Assembly (NCBI GenBank): GCA_049840735.1
Contig: JASGJN010000023.1
Coordinates: forward strand, 145,472 to 209,471
Length of the DNA stretch: 64,000 nt
Direction: 5' to 3'
DNA from: Anaeromyxobacter sp.
Lineage (GTDB): Bacteria; Myxococcota; Myxococcia; Myxococcales; Anaeromyxobacteraceae
This document shows, piece after piece, positions 23,492 to 34,080 of this stretch (the first letter of the stretch is position 1; the number at the start of each line of letters is the position of its first letter). The notes under the pieces are model-generated. The model searched no databases. It was not told where the DNA came from and saw nothing but the letters and a program-made list of their open reading frames with translations. The position numbers and the translations under genes are program-made.

Positions 23492-23881
23492 ATGATCTAC
23501 GACGCAGACACGGCCCCCGACGCCCAGGCCTGGGCCGCCGCGGGCGACACCGAGCGGCTGGCCGCGGTGGAGGCCCACCACCGCACGCTGACCTCGCCCC
23601 ACCCGAAGCAGCCCCGCCCGCGCCTGCACGCCGCCATCCACATGGTGGTGGAGACCCAGGCCGCCACCGGCGAGCCGCCCCAGGTCGCCCGCGCGCTGGA
23701 GCGGCTCGTGGCGGGCGGCCTCTCCCGCCACGAGGCGGTCCACGCGGTGGGCATGCTGGTCGCGAACGTGATGTCGGCCTCGATGGAGGGGCGCGCGTAC
23801 GAGCCTGCCGTCTACGCCCGCGAGCTGGACGAGCTGACCGCGGAGCGCTGGCGGTCGCTGGCGCAGGAGCAGGGCGGCTGA
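23492..23881 (+). CDS. Hypothetical protein (DUF1841-like)
   Basis: LHAAIHMVVETQ...RHEAVHA His-rich helical motif; 3' part of ORF 21788..23881. Confidence 0.6.
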   Translation: MIYDADTAPDAQAWAAAGDTERLAAVEAHHRTLTSPHPKQPRPRLHAAIHMVVETQAATGEPPQVARALERLVAGGLSRHEAVHAVGMLVANVMSASMEGRAYEPAVYARELDELTAERWRSLAQEQGG

Positions 23882-23939
23882 GGGGTGGCGGCGGCGCAGG
23901 CGGTTGCCCGATCGCCCGCGTCGCGCTAACACGCTGGCC

Positions 23940-24320
23940 ATGGTCCGACTCCTCCTCGTCTGCGCAGGTGGCGCGCTGGGCAGCGGGCTGCGCTGGCTGA
24001 CCGTCAGCTGGGCCGCCGCCACCTGGGGCGCGAGCTTCCCGCGGGGCACGTTGATCGTGAACCTGGCCGGCTCGTTCCTGCTGGCGGTGCTCATGACCGT
24101 GGCGCTGGCCGGGCGCGCCGTCTCCGACGACGTGCGGATCTTCCTCGCCGCCGGCGTGCTGGGCGGGTTCACCACCTACTCCTCGTTCAACTGGGAGACG
24201 CTGGCCCTGCTGGACGACGGCCGGCCGGGGCTGGCAGCGCTCAACCTGGTGCTGACGATGATGGGCCGCCTGCTGATGGGGCTGGCCGGGGCCTACCTGG
24301 CGCGGCGCTGGGTGGGCTGA
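23940..24320 (+). CDS. crcB: Fluoride efflux channel (Fluc/CrcB)
   Basis: GGALGSGLRW, FPRGTLIVNLAGSF, GVLGGFTTYSSF. Confidence 0.93.
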   Translation: MVRLLLVCAGGALGSGLRWLTVSWAAATWGASFPRGTLIVNLAGSFLLAVLMTVALAGRAVSDDVRIFLAAGVLGGFTTYSSFNWETLALLDDGRPGLAALNLVLTMMGRLLMGLAGAYLARRWVG

Positions 24321-24479
24321 AGCCCGCGCGCCGACCCCATCGCCGGACGCGTCGACCCGCCCGCCGGGCGTGCGGGCGATCCGCCCGCCTGCAGGCAGGA
24401 CGCACGCATGGTGTAACGCCCAGCCCCGATGCGCACGTTCGAGCCAGGACGGGGCCCAGTGCGGGCGAGGAGGCGTGCG

Positions 24480-25352
24480 ATGCTGGGGAAGACGGCAGCG
24501 GCGGTGCTGGCGGTGCTGGCGGCGGGCGGGGCGCGGGCGGAGGACGCGGCAGCGCCGCAGGGAACCAGTCCGGCCTTCGAGCAGGCCTGCGTGGACCTGC
24601 TCCACGGGCGCGTACCGCCCGGCGGCGCGCAGGCCATCTCCACGCTCCGGAAGGCGTGCGACGGGCTGATGGACGCACGCACGGCCGAGCGCGCCGAGGC
24701 GGAGGCTCGGGCCCAGGCGCAGCGCGAGGTGGCCGCGGCGCAGGCGAGCTCGGGCACGGGCGGTGCCACGCCGGACCCGGGGAGCGCGACCGCGGCGCCG
24801 GGGCAGGGCGCTGACGTCGCGTCGGCGTTCGGGACGGCCACCAAGGAGCTGACCGGACCGGGCCGCGGCCAGGCCCTGGGCCTGAGGGCCAGGGGGCCGG
24901 TGAGCTACACGCTCACCAGCAACGCCGTCGGCTGGTTCAACGGCCTGGGCGCGAACGCCGAGCTGGTCGGCTCGCTGACGCCCAAGCTCTCCTGGGTGGG
25001 CGGCCTGCGCTACTCCAGCACCGACGCCACCAACGGCACGGCCAGCACCTTCGGGATGGAGGCCGGCGCCGACTACTTCCTCTACGGCAAGCACAACGAG
25101 GGCTTCCGCGTCGGCCCGCGCCTCGAGCTGGCGGCGGGCCGTGAGTCGTTCGAGGGCTCCACCACCTTCGCCTGGATGGGCGCGTCCGGGGAGGTGGGCT
25201 ACAACTTCATCGCCACCAACGGCCTCACCGGGCTCCTGGCGGTCGGCCTGGGCGGGCGGATTGCCGGGGACGAGCGCGAGAACTTCTCCAGCTTCACCAG
25301 CGGTGGAGACTTCGGACCCTACCTCAAGGCCGGCCTGGGCTACAGCTGGTGA
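24480..25352 (+). CDS. Exported protein with C-terminal outer-membrane beta-barrel-like domain
   Basis: Signal peptide, alternating beta strands, C-terminal LGYSW aromatic signature; GGAGG RBS. Confidence 0.7.
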   Translation: MLGKTAAAVLAVLAAGGARAEDAAAPQGTSPAFEQACVDLLHGRVPPGGAQAISTLRKACDGLMDARTAERAEAEARAQAQREVAAAQASSGTGGATPDPGSATAAPGQGADVASAFGTATKELTGPGRGQALGLRARGPVSYTLTSNAVGWFNGLGANAELVGSLTPKLSWVGGLRYSSTDATNGTASTFGMEAGADYFLYGKHNEGFRVGPRLELAAGRESFEGSTTFAWMGASGEVGYNFIATNGLTGLLAVGLGGRIAGDERENFSSFTSGGDFGPYLKAGLGYSW

Positions 25353-25954
25353 TCGAGCCCGAGGCGGGCGGCGTCCTCGGGCGTGTCGGCGTCCTCGAGG
25401 CACCGCCCCTCCGGATCCACCGCGCGCCACTCTTCCTCCTCGAGGACGCGGGCCGGCAGGGCCGCCACCAGCGCGCGCAGCGACGGCGTCCCCTCGCGCA
25501 GCGCCGCCTCGACGGCCGGCAGCGCCGCGCGCGCCCAGAGCGCGTGCAGCGGCTGCAGCCGGCCGGCCCAGCGCACCACCACCACCTGCGCGCCCTCGTG
25601 CCGCGCTGCGGCGAGCGCGCGGATGGACGCCTCGGCGAGGAACGGCATGTCGCACGCGGCGGTGAAGACCCAGGGCGTCCGCGCCGCATGCAGCGCCGCG
25701 TGCAGGCCCCCCGGCGCGCCGCGTCCCGGGAGCTGGTCCGGGATGATCGGAACCCCCAGGTGGCGGTACGGCGCCGGATCATCCGCGACCATGAAAACGC
25801 TGTCGAACAGCGCCTCCATCAGCTGGATTGCGCCGGCGGCGATGGGGCGCCCCTCCCTCTGCAGCAGCCCCTTGGGGACGCCGCCCAGGCGTGAACCCCG
25901 GCCGCCGGCGAGCAGCGCCCCGCTGATGTCGGTGAGTGCGGGAAGCGGTCGCAC
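25340..25954 (-). CDS. mobA: Molybdenum cofactor guanylyltransferase
   Basis: LLAGGRGSRLGG.PKG, ACDMPF, QPLHALW, DTPED. Confidence 0.88.
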   Translation of the reverse strand: MRPLPALTDISGALLAGGRGSRLGGVPKGLLQREGRPIAAGAIQLMEALFDSVFMVADDPAPYRHLGVPIIPDQLPGRGAPGGLHAALHAARTPWVFTAACDMPFLAEASIRALAAARHEGAQVVVVRWAGRLQPLHALWARAALPAVEAALREGTPSLRALVAALPARVLEEEEWRAVDPEGRCLEDADTPEDAARLGLDHQL

Positions 25955-26039
25955 CGGCGCAATCTAGCGCACCCTGCGCTGTTCGCGCGCCGGGCGATAG
26001 TGGAGCGCCCGGGGCCTTTCGGGTTAAAAGGTGCCCCCC

Positions 26040-26375
26040 ATGACCCCGGAACAGCGCCTGGCGGCGTTCCAGAAGATCGTCGAGCAGAAGCCAGACGATC
26101 CCTTCGCGCGCTACTCGCTCGCGATGGCGCTGCGCGGGGCGGCGCGGGCCGAGGAAGCGGTCGTGCAGTTCCGCGAGCTGGCCCGCCGTGCGCCGGACTA
26201 CGTGCCCACCTACCTGATGCTGGGCCAGGCGCTGGAGGGGCTGGGCCGCGACGTCGAGGCGGCCGCGGCCTACGAGGACGGGATCGCCTGCGCGGCCCGC
26301 AAGCAGGACGGACACGCCCGGAGCGAGCTGGCTGGCGCCCTGGAGGCGGTCCGCGCCAGAGGAGCATCACGATGA
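26040..26375 (+). CDS. Tetratricopeptide repeat protein
   Basis: PDDPFARYSLA...PDYVPTYLMLGQAL TPR pattern; ATGA overlap with fabI. Confidence 0.8.
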   Translation: MTPEQRLAAFQKIVEQKPDDPFARYSLAMALRGAARAEEAVVQFRELARRAPDYVPTYLMLGQALEGLGRDVEAAAAYEDGIACAARKQDGHARSELAGALEAVRARGASR

Positions 26376-27205
26376 GCAACGAGACCGAGACCACCGAAGC
26401 CACCTCTCCCATCCCGGCGCTGGGCGGCCTGCTCAAGGGCAAGCGCGCGCTCGTCACCGGCGTCGCCAACGAGCGCTCGATCGCCTGGGCCATCGCCGAG
26501 GCCTTCCACCGCGAGGGGGCCGAGCTGGCCTTCACCTACCCCGGCGAGGCCATGGGCAAGCGCGTCCGCCCGCTGGTCGAGCCGATGCGCCCGGCGGCCG
26601 TGATCGACTGCGACGTGGGCAAGGACGAGGACATCGACCGGACCGTGGCCGAGCTCCGCAAGGTCTGGGACCGGGTGGACATCCTCATCCACTCCATCGG
26701 CTTCGCGCCCCGCAACGCGCTGGACGGCCGCTTCCACGAGGTGACCACCCGCGAGGCGTGGCAGATCACCATGGACATCTCGGCCTACTCGCTGATCGGC
26801 CTGACCCGCGCGTTCAAGCCGCTCATGCCGGCCGGCGCCAACGTCCTCTCGCTCTCGTACTACGGGGCCGAGAAGGTGGTCCGGAACTACAACGTGATGG
26901 GCGTGGCCAAGGCGGCGCTGGAGTGCTCCACCCGCTACCTGGCCGACGACCTGGGCCAGGACGGCATCCGCGTCAACGCCATCAGCGCCGGCCCGATCAA
27001 GACCCTGGCCGCCGCCGGCATCAAGGGCATGCGGACCATGCTGGCCGAGAACGCCGAGCGCACGCCGCTGCGCCGCAACATCGAGCAGGACGACGTGGCC
27101 CGGGGCGCGCTGTACCTGTGCTCCGACCTGGGCCGGAACGTCACCGGCGAGGTGCTCCACGTGGACGCCGGGCAGAACGTGCTGGGCGTCGTTTCGATGG
27201 GGTGA
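26372..27205 (+). CDS. fabI: Enoyl-ACP reductase
   Basis: GVANERSIAW, HSIGFA, ISAYSL, YNVMGVAKAALE, NAISAGPIKTLAA. Confidence 0.95.
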   Translation: MSNETETTEATSPIPALGGLLKGKRALVTGVANERSIAWAIAEAFHREGAELAFTYPGEAMGKRVRPLVEPMRPAAVIDCDVGKDEDIDRTVAELRKVWDRVDILIHSIGFAPRNALDGRFHEVTTREAWQITMDISAYSLIGLTRAFKPLMPAGANVLSLSYYGAEKVVRNYNVMGVAKAALECSTRYLADDLGQDGIRVNAISAGPIKTLAAAGIKGMRTMLAENAERTPLRRNIEQDDVARGALYLCSDLGRNVTGEVLHVDAGQNVLGVVSMG

Positions 27206-27216
27206 GTGGCGAGCTC

Positions 27217-27451
27217 CACTGGCGAGCCGCGAAGCGGCGAGCCCTTGGAATCACCGGCCCGCTCGGATCCCATCCAGGATCCAGCGGGCCGTTTCACTGG
27301 CGAGCCGCGATGCGGCGAGCCCTGGGATCCACCGGCCCACCCGGATCCCGTTCATCCTTCGACTCCGCGGCCCGGTTCCCGGGCCGCTACGCTCAGGACG
27401 AACGGAGCGCCGCCCGGTTCCCGGGCCGCTACGCCAGGACGAACGGAGCGC
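27217..27451. repeat. Mosaic cluster of palindromic repeats (A, A, B, partial B) between convergent genes
   Basis: A: CACTGGCGAGCCGCGAWGCGGCGAGCCCT...GGATCCC at 27217-27271 and 27295-27349; B: CCGTTCATCCTTCGACTCC...CTACGCTCAGGACGAACGG at 27348-27405 and partial copy at 27412-27451. Confidence 0.85.
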
Positions 27452-27465
27452 GGCCCCCGCGCGCC

Positions 27466-28131
27466 TCACAGCCCCCGCCCCGCCACGCGGGCCCGCGCCC
27501 CCTCGCCGACGTAGGGGTTCGACCGCCGCTCATCCCCGAGCAGCGCGGAGGGCCCGTGCCCCGGGTGGAAGCGCACGTCGTCGCCGAGCGGGAACAGCAC
27601 CTCGCGGATGGACCGGAGCAGCGCCGCGGCGTCCCCGCCCAGCAGGTCGGTGCGGCCCACCGAGCCGGCGAAGAGCGTGTCGCCCACGAAGAGGTCCTTC
27701 GAGCCCGGGAAGAAGACGGCGCAGCCGCCCGGCGTGTGGCCGGGGACGTGCAGGATGCGGGCCTCGTGATCACCCACGGTGAAGGTCTCGCCGTGCCCGT
27801 GGCGGTGGGCCACCGCGGGCGCCTTGGCCGGGGGGAAGCCGAACATGGCCGCCTGCTGGGGCAGGATGTCGAGCCAGTACTGGTCCGCCTGGTGGAGCTG
27901 CACCGGCGCGCCGGTGGCCTCGCTGGCCTCCGCGGCGCCGGACACGTGGTCCACGTGGCCATGCGTCAGCACGATGCGGGTGACCTTGAAGCCGCCCGGC
28001 TCGCACAGCGCCAGGACCCGCGGGATCTCGGCCCCTGGGTCGATCAGGACGGCCTCGCCGGTCCGGTCGCAACCGGCCAGCCAGGCGTTCATCGCGAACG
28101 GCCCCACCACCACGTGCCGCACCACCAGCAT
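27466..28131 (-). CDS. MBL-fold metallo-hydrolase (glyoxalase II/YcbL-like)
   Basis: THGHVDH, PGHTPG, GDTLFAGSVGRTDL, PGHG. Confidence 0.9.
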   Translation of the reverse strand: MLVVRHVVVGPFAMNAWLAGCDRTGEAVLIDPGAEIPRVLALCEPGGFKVTRIVLTHGHVDHVSGAAEASEATGAPVQLHQADQYWLDILPQQAAMFGFPPAKAPAVAHRHGHGETFTVGDHEARILHVPGHTPGGCAVFFPGSKDLFVGDTLFAGSVGRTDLLGGDAAALLRSIREVLFPLGDDVRFHPGHGPSALLGDERRSNPYVGEGARARVAGRGL

Positions 28132-28143
28132 CTGCGCGCTCCT

Positions 28144-28178
28144 GGGAAACGAAGACGCCCCCGTCCCCGGGGGCGTCT
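28144..28178 (-). terminator. Rho-independent terminator after Fe-S carrier gene
   Basis: Minus strand AGACGCCCCCG-GGGA-CGGGGGCGTCT then TCGTTT. Confidence 0.6.
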
Positions 28179-28231
28179 GGGTGCAGGTCCGGGGATCACC
28201 CCCGGCCCGCGACGGTCGGCGAAGGTGAGGC

Positions 28232-28612
28232 TCAGGCCTGGAACGACGAGCCGCAGCCGCAGGTGCTCTTGGCGTTCGGGTTGTTGAACTTGAACCCGGC
28301 CCCCTGCAGCCCGACCACGTAGTCCACCGTGACGCCCTGCAGGTACATGGCGCTCATCGGGTCCACGAAGAGCTTGATGCCGTCCTGGTCGAGCGTGAGG
28401 TCGTCGGCGCCCGGCTCCTTGTCGAAGTCCATCGAGTACTGGAACCCCGAGCAGCCGCCGCCCATCACGCCGATGCGGATGCCGTAGCCCTCGAGCCCCT
28501 CTGCCTTGATGGCTTCCTTCACCATCTCGACGGCCTTGGCCGTGAGGACGACGGGGTTGGTGTTGCCCGCGTCGGCGACGGGGGCGGCGGGGGCGACCGT
28601 GGTGGCGTCCAT
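28232..28612 (-). CDS. A-type iron-sulfur cluster carrier (IscA/ErpA/HesB family)
   Basis: GGGCSGFQY, FNNPNAKSTCGCGSSF; GGAG RBS. Confidence 0.93.
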   Translation of the reverse strand: MDATTVAPAAPVADAGNTNPVVLTAKAVEMVKEAIKAEGLEGYGIRIGVMGGGCSGFQYSMDFDKEPGADDLTLDQDGIKLFVDPMSAMYLQGVTVDYVVGLQGAGFKFNNPNAKSTCGCGSSFQA

Positions 28613-28668
28613 GTGTCTGTGTTCTCCATCCGGGGCCGCTCGCCGGCCCGCTTTGACGTTGCTCAAGG

Positions 28669-28697
28669 AGTCTAACAGCCGACCCTGGCCGGTTCAA
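28669..28697 (-). promoter_or_regulatory. sigma70-type promoter
   Basis: TTGAAC-N17-TAGACT upstream of the Fe-S carrier gene. Confidence 0.55.
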
Positions 28698-28731
28698 CGC
28701 GACCCGCCTGCGGCGTCCGGGGGGCCCGGAC

Positions 28732-29442
28732 TCACGCACCCCCGCGACCTGACAGGTGTCTTCCGCCGTCCACGGGCAGCACCGCCCCCGTGACGAACGG
28801 CGCAGCGGCCAGGTACCGCACCGCGGCGGCAACGTCCTCCGGCGTGCCGGCGCGCCCCAGCGGGATGCGCCGGGCCAGCTCGCGGCGCTGGGCGCCGGTG
28901 TAGGTCTCCGGCCACAGGACCGTCCCCGGGGCCACGGCGTTCACGCGCACGGCGGGCGCGAGGTCGAGCGCCAGCACCTCGGTCAGCCGGACCAGCGCGG
29001 CCTTGGAGGCGCAGTAGGCGGCGTAGCCCTTCCACGGCACCAGGCCCCCGCCCACGTCGGCGATGTTGACGACCGCGCCGCGGCTGCGGCGGAGCAGGGG
29101 CGCCAGCGCCCGGATCAGCAGCAGCGGCGCGCGGGCGTTGAGCGTCAGCTGCTGGTCCCAGGCCGCGGCGTCGGTCGCCTCCAGCGGCGCGGCGGCGAAG
29201 CCGGCCGCGCTGTTGACCAGCAGGTCGAGCCGGTCGAACCGCTCGCGGAAGGCGGCCGCCAGCCGGGCCGGGCCGTCGGCCGCGGCCAGGTCGGCCTGCA
29301 GCGCGGCGGTGAAGCCGCGGGGCCGGTGCGTGTGGTAGTGGGCCGCCACCGTCCAGCCGTCGCGGGCCAGGCCGCGGGCGATGGCCTCGCCCACCCGCAC
29401 GCCGGCGCCGGTGACCAGCGCGATGCGCCGCCGTGACGCCAC
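28732..29442 (-). CDS. Short-chain dehydrogenase (pteridine reductase-like)
   Basis: [33 protein letters not shown]. Confidence 0.88.
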   Translation of the reverse strand: MASRRRIALVTGAGVRVGEAIARGLARDGWTVAAHYHTHRPRGFTAALQADLAAADGPARLAAAFRERFDRLDLLVNSAAGFAAAPLEATDAAAWDQQLTLNARAPLLLIRALAPLLRRSRGAVVNIADVGGGLVPWKGYAAYCASKAALVRLTEVLALDLAPAVRVNAVAPGTVLWPETYTGAQRRELARRIPLGRAGTPEDVAAAVRYLAAAPFVTGAVLPVDGGRHLSGRGGA

Positions 29443-30001
29443 TCAGCGCTCCCGCTGCGGATCCCAGCCCACCTCGGCGTGCTTCGCGCGGTGGTTGGCG
29501 ACCCGCGCGGCCACGAAGAGGAAGTCCGAGAGCCGGTTGAGGTAGGCGATCACCGCCGGCGCCACCTCCACCTCGGCCGCCAGCGCCACCACCCGCCGCT
29601 CCGCCCGCCGGCACACGCAGCGGGCCAGGTGCAGCGCGGCGCCGGTGCGCGTGCCGCCCGGCAGGATGAACTGGCGCAGCGCCGGCAGCTCGGCCTCCCA
29701 GGCGTCGATGGCCGCCTCCAGCCGCTCCGCCCAGCGCGGCTCGACCGCCGGGATGGCGGAGCGCGCCTTGGCGCCGTGGGGCGTGGCCAGCTCGGCGCCG
29801 ACGCAGAAGAGCTCGTCCTGGATGCGGACCAGCTGCGCGTCGATTCTCGGGGTCCTCCACCTGCGCCCGCACCACGCCCAGCGCGGCGTTCAGCTCGTCC
29901 ACCTCGCCGTAGGCGTCCACCCGGTGATCGCTCTTGCGGACCCGCGGCCCCCCGAACAGGCCCGTTTCCCCGGCGTCGCCCGTCTTCGTGTAGATCTTCA
30001 C
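29443..30001 (-). CDS. ATP:cob(I)alamin adenosyltransferase, PduO type (frameshift at about 29844)
   Basis: [51 protein letters not shown] after one-base correction. Confidence 0.88.
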
Positions 30002-30056
30002 GGCGCCGTGCCTATCAGGGGGGCCGCGGGGCTGCAACGTCGTCGACGAGGGACAC

Positions 30057-31397
30057 ATGGAGCCCATGGACGCGGAGGCGCTGGTAGAGCTCGGCAAGTC
30101 GGCGGCAGCGCTGGCCTGGGCCGGCGGGATGACCGTCCTGCGGCCGGATGGCGCGGTGGTGCCCATCCCCCTCGTGGCCGAACCGGAGACGCCCACGCGC
30201 GAGGCGCTGGCCGGCGCCGCCGCCGAGGCCGAGCTGATCCTCTCCGGCGCGGTGAAGCTGGCGCGCGCGCTGCTCGCCTCGGGCGACGCGCGCGACCGGG
30301 CCGCGCTGGAGGAGCCGTTCAGCGGCCTCGAGCGCGAGGCCATGCAGCGGCTCTTCGTCGAGGCGCCGCTGCCGGCCATGGTGGCCCGGGTGGACTACCT
30401 CATCCCTGCCGAGGGCGGCGGGCCGCGGGCGCTGGAGCTGAACGCCACCATCCCGGCCATGCCCGCCTACGCCGACCTGGCCGCCTTCTCCTGGATCCGC
30501 GCCGCGGCGCGGGCCCAGGGGCGCTCGCCGCGCCAGGTCGAGGCGCTGGTGGCCGCCTGCGGCAGCCACATGGAGCGGCTGCGGGAGGCGCTGGTGGCCT
30601 TCTACCGGCTGCGCGGCGGCACGGCCGCGCGGCCGTCCATCGCGGTGGTGGCGCGCCGGGGCGACGCGCAGATCGGCGAGCTGCGGCGGCTGGTGGAGCA
30701 CTTCCGGCAGATGGGTCACGCGGCGGAGAGCCTGGTCCCCGAGACCTGCGAGCCGGAGCGCTGGGACATCCTCTACCGCCACGTCTGGGCCCACCGCGTG
30801 GAGCCGGCCGCGCCCTTCGCCCGGGCCCTGCGGGCGCCGGGCCGGTTCGTGCTGGCCAACCCGGTCAACGGCCTGCTGGAGGCCAAGGCGCTCTTCGCGC
30901 GCCTCTCCGAGTGCGCCGAGGACGCGGCGCTGGCGGAGCGCGCCGGGCTGGACGCGGCCGAGCGCGGCGCGGCGGCGCGGCTGCCCTGGACGCGCCGGCT
31001 CACCGAGGCCCACGCCGGGCGGGCGCTGGCCGAGCCGGCCCGCTGGGTGCTGAAGCGGAGCTGGGACTACGGCGGCAAGAGCGTGCACCTGGGGGCCGAG
31101 ACCGCGCCGGAGGCCTGGCCCGACGTGGTGAAGGCCGCCCTGGCCGACGGGCGCGGCGGCGGCTTCGTGATGCAGGAGCGGATCTTCGCGGCCCGCCGCC
31201 CGGCCACCCGCATCGCGCCGGAGGGCGTCAGCCGCGGCGAGTTCTACCGCGACCTCTCCACCTACTGCGGCCTGGGCCCGTCGCGGCCGTCCGGCTCGGT
31301 GGTGCGCGCCGCCGCCTCGCCCATCGTCAACATCCTGGGGGGCGGCGGCCTGGCGCCGGTGATCCCCGCGGACCTCTACCGGGAGCTGGTGGGGTGA
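30057..31397 (+). CDS. ATP-grasp-like ligase (glutathione synthetase/circularly permuted ATP-grasp-like)
   Basis: [39 protein letters not shown]. Confidence 0.65.
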   Translation: MEPMDAEALVELGKSAAALAWAGGMTVLRPDGAVVPIPLVAEPETPTREALAGAAAEAELILSGAVKLARALLASGDARDRAALEEPFSGLEREAMQRLFVEAPLPAMVARVDYLIPAEGGGPRALELNATIPAMPAYADLAAFSWIRAAARAQGRSPRQVEALVAACGSHMERLREALVAFYRLRGGTAARPSIAVVARRGDAQIGELRRLVEHFRQMGHAAESLVPETCEPERWDILYRHVWAHRVEPAAPFARALRAPGRFVLANPVNGLLEAKALFARLSECAEDAALAERAGLDAAERGAAARLPWTRRLTEAHAGRALAEPARWVLKRSWDYGGKSVHLGAETAPEAWPDVVKAALADGRGGGFVMQERIFAARRPATRIAPEGVSRGEFYRDLSTYCGLGPSRPSGSVVRAAASPIVNILGGGGLAPVIPADLYRELVG

Positions 31398-31426
31398 TGG
31401 CGCGAGCCTGAGCGCCGCGGAGCGGG

Positions 31427-33898
31427 TCAGGCCACGGCCGCGAGCACGGTCTCGACCAGCTGATCGTGGGTGTACGGCTTGTCGAGGACGTAGACCAGCG
31501 GCTCGGCGCACAGGGCCTCGAGCTCGGCGCCGGCGCGGTGGCCCGAGGACACGACGATGGGCAGGCGCCCGGCGCCGGAGCGCAGCGCCGTCACCACCTC
31601 GCGGCAGGTCATCTCCGGCATCATCGCGTCCACGATGGCCAGGTCCAGGTCCGGGCGGGCGGCGTGGCGCAGCACGTCGGCCCGGCTGCCGTCCGACTCG
31701 TGCACCTGGTGGCCGGCCCGGCGCAGCAGCGCCGAGGCCGAGCGCCGCACGGCCGGCTCGTCGTCCACGATCAGCACGCGCAGCGCCCGCCGGGCGGCCG
31801 GGACCCCGGCGCGCGCGCCGGACGAGGCCTGGACCGCGCCCGCGACCGGCGGGAGGTAGAGCGTGATGGTCGTCCCCCGCCCGGCCGCGCTCTCCACCGC
31901 CACGGCGCCGTGGTGCGCCTTGACGGTGCCGTAGACCTCGGCCAGGCCCAGCCCCGTCCCCTTGCCCAGCGGCTTGGTGGTGAAGAACGGCTCGAACAGG
32001 TGGGCCCGGATCTCCTCGCTCAGCCCGACGCCGGTGTCGGTCACCGAGAGCGCCACGCACGGGCCCGGCGGGACCCCCAGCGCGCCGGCCCGCTCCGCCC
32101 CGAGCGTCACCGCGGCGGTCGAAAGCGTGAGCGTCCCGCCCTCCGGCATGGCGTCGCGCGCGTTGAGCCCCAGGTTGAGCACGGCCGCGTAGAGCCGGTC
32201 GGGATCGCCGGCGACCAGGGCGCCGCCCGCGGCGCCGTGGCGGGCGCGGACGGCGATGCGCTTGTCGATGCTCCGCATCAGCAGCGCCACCACGTCGTCC
32301 ACGACGTGGTCCAGGTCGACGCTGACCGCGGCGGAGGGCTGCTTGCGGGCGAAGGCCAGCAGCTGGCGCGTCAGCCCCGCGGAGCGCCGCGCGGCCTCGC
32401 GCACGGTCTCCAGGGCGGCGCGCACCTCGGCGTCCCCCTGCACCGTCTCGGCCAGGTAGTCGGCGCTCCCGAGGATGGCGGTGAGCTGGTTGTTGAAGTC
32501 GTGCGCCACGCCGCCGGCGACCCGCCCGATGGCCTCCAGCTTCTCCGACTGGCGGAGCCGCTCCTCCATCTCGCGCCGCTCCGTCACGTCGCGCCCCACG
32601 CCGACAATCGCCACCACCGCGCCGGCCTCGTCCAGCACGGCGTTGTCCGACCAGGCCAGGAAGCGCCAGCCCTCGGCGGTGAGCGCGCGCTGCTCCAGGT
32701 ACGCCGAGTAGGGAGGTCGGAGCAGCGCCTCCATGGCCCGCGCGGTGGGCTCGCGATCGTCCTCGTGGACCAGGGGCAGGAACTGGTGGCCCAGCAGCTC
32801 GGCCTCCGACTTGCCGAAGGTCCGGCAGTAGCTGGGGCTCACGAAGAGGAACCGGCCCACCAGGTCGACCTTCACCACCAGGTCGGTCTGGGTCTCGACC
32901 AGCAGGCGGTACTTCTCCTGGCTGCGGCGGAGCGCGTCCGCCGCGCGCTGGCGGTCCTCGACGGTGCTGGCCAGGAACAGGCCGGTCACGATCAGCACGA
33001 AGCAGAAGACCTGCGCCTCGGCGGCGGCCAGTCCCGGCTCGGCGGTGGTGAGGATGAAGGAGCCCTGGCCCGCGGCCGTGGCGGTGAGCGCCACGAACGC
33101 GATCAGCGCGCCGATGCTGGTGGCGCCACGGACCCCCGAGCGCAGCGCCGCCCAGACCAGCGGCGGCAGCAGCAGGAACTCGAAGGGGACGGGCCCGCCG
33201 GCGGGCCCCACGAAGATGAGCCAGGCGATCCCCAGCGTGCCGGCCACCATGCCCGCCAGCTCCGCCCGCCGGCGCCGGGGAAGGCCGGGCTGGCGCGGCC
33301 CGGTGAAGGCCATCACCGCCGAGCCGACCGTGAGCATGCCCAGGCCCGAGCCCGCCCACACGTGGCCCCACAGCGGCAGGAGCGGGGCGGTGAGCAGCCG
33401 GTGGAGCACGGCGCCGGCGAGCAGCGCGCACAGCCCGCTGGTGAGGAGCGGCCCGGCCAGCAGCATCACCAGGACGTCGCGCGCCTGGGAGAGCCGGGGG
33501 CGCCCGCCGCACAGCCGGCGGACGAGCCCCGCGGCCAGCGAGGGCTCCAGGGCGTTGAGGAGCGCGAAGGCGATCACCAGCAGCGGCGGCTGGCCGGCCA
33601 GGACGTTGGAGACGGCGATGGGGACGCCGGCGGCGAGCAGGATCACCGGCCAGCGGCGCGGCTCGCGCATGACCAGCGCGCCGAACACCAGCCCGGCGGC
33701 GGGCCAGAAGAGGGCCACGCTGCCGCCTCCCGGCGTGAGCCGGAGCCCGACGCGGCAGAGCGCGAAGTTCGCGACCGAGAAGGCCGTCAGCGCCGCGACG
33801 GTGCGCGCGGCGGACGGGAGCCGCTCCCAGGCCTGGCGCCAGGCGGGCGTGTGGGCGGGTGCTGCGGCGCCGGGCGTGGACGAGGGAGCCATGGCCAT
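31427..33898 (-). CDS. MASE1-PAS hybrid histidine kinase with receiver domain
   Basis: LFWPAAG membrane domain, [32 protein letters not shown]-terminal REC; 3' part of ORF 31427..37111. Confidence 0.9.
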   Translation of the reverse strand: MAMAPSSTPGAAAPAHTPAWRQAWERLPSAARTVAALTAFSVANFALCRVGLRLTPGGGSVALFWPAAGLVFGALVMREPRRWPVILLAAGVPIAVSNVLAGQPPLLVIAFALLNALEPSLAAGLVRRLCGGRPRLSQARDVLVMLLAGPLLTSGLCALLAGAVLHRLLTAPLLPLWGHVWAGSGLGMLTVGSAVMAFTGPRQPGLPRRRRAELAGMVAGTLGIAWLIFVGPAGGPVPFEFLLLPPLVWAALRSGVRGATSIGALIAFVALTATAAGQGSFILTTAEPGLAAAEAQVFCFVLIVTGLFLASTVEDRQRAADALRRSQEKYRLLVETQTDLVVKVDLVGRFLFVSPSYCRTFGKSEAELLGHQFLPLVHEDDREPTARAMEALLRPPYSAYLEQRALTAEGWRFLAWSDNAVLDEAGAVVAIVGVGRDVTERREMEERLRQSEKLEAIGRVAGGVAHDFNNQLTAILGSADYLAETVQGDAEVRAALETVREAARRSAGLTRQLLAFARKQPSAAVSVDLDHVVDDVVALLMRSIDKRIAVRARHGAAGGALVAGDPDRLYAAVLNLGLNARDAMPEGGTLTLSTAAVTLGAERAGALGVPPGPCVALSVTDTGVGLSEEIRAHLFEPFFTTKPLGKGTGLGLAEVYGTVKAHHGAVAVESAAGRGTTITLYLPPVAGAVQASSGARAGVPAARRALRVLIVDDEPAVRRSASALLRRAGHQVHESDGSRADVLRHAARPDLDLAIVDAMMPEMTCREVVTALRSGAGRLPIVVSSGHRAGAELEALCAEPLVYVLDKPYTHDQLVETVLAAVA

Positions 33899-34080
33899 CG
33901 AGCTCCGACGACCATACCCGGCGTCACGCTGCGCGGAACAGCCCCGAACCCGGGGGCGCGCACACGCGCCCACAGCCGGAGACGGACGGTGGGTCCTGGC
34001 CGGGCGCCGCCGGGCCGGACCATGGGTCAGGGCTGCGGTGCCGGCGGCCTCACCCGACCACGCGCCGAGGTTCGCTCCAC

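Noticed and set aside
23882..23939. Fluoride riboswitch upstream of crcB
   Set aside because: Region is short and lacks the recognisable consensus
27206..27451. Possible CRISPR array
   Set aside because: Only two copies of each unit, no unique regular spacers, no cas genes
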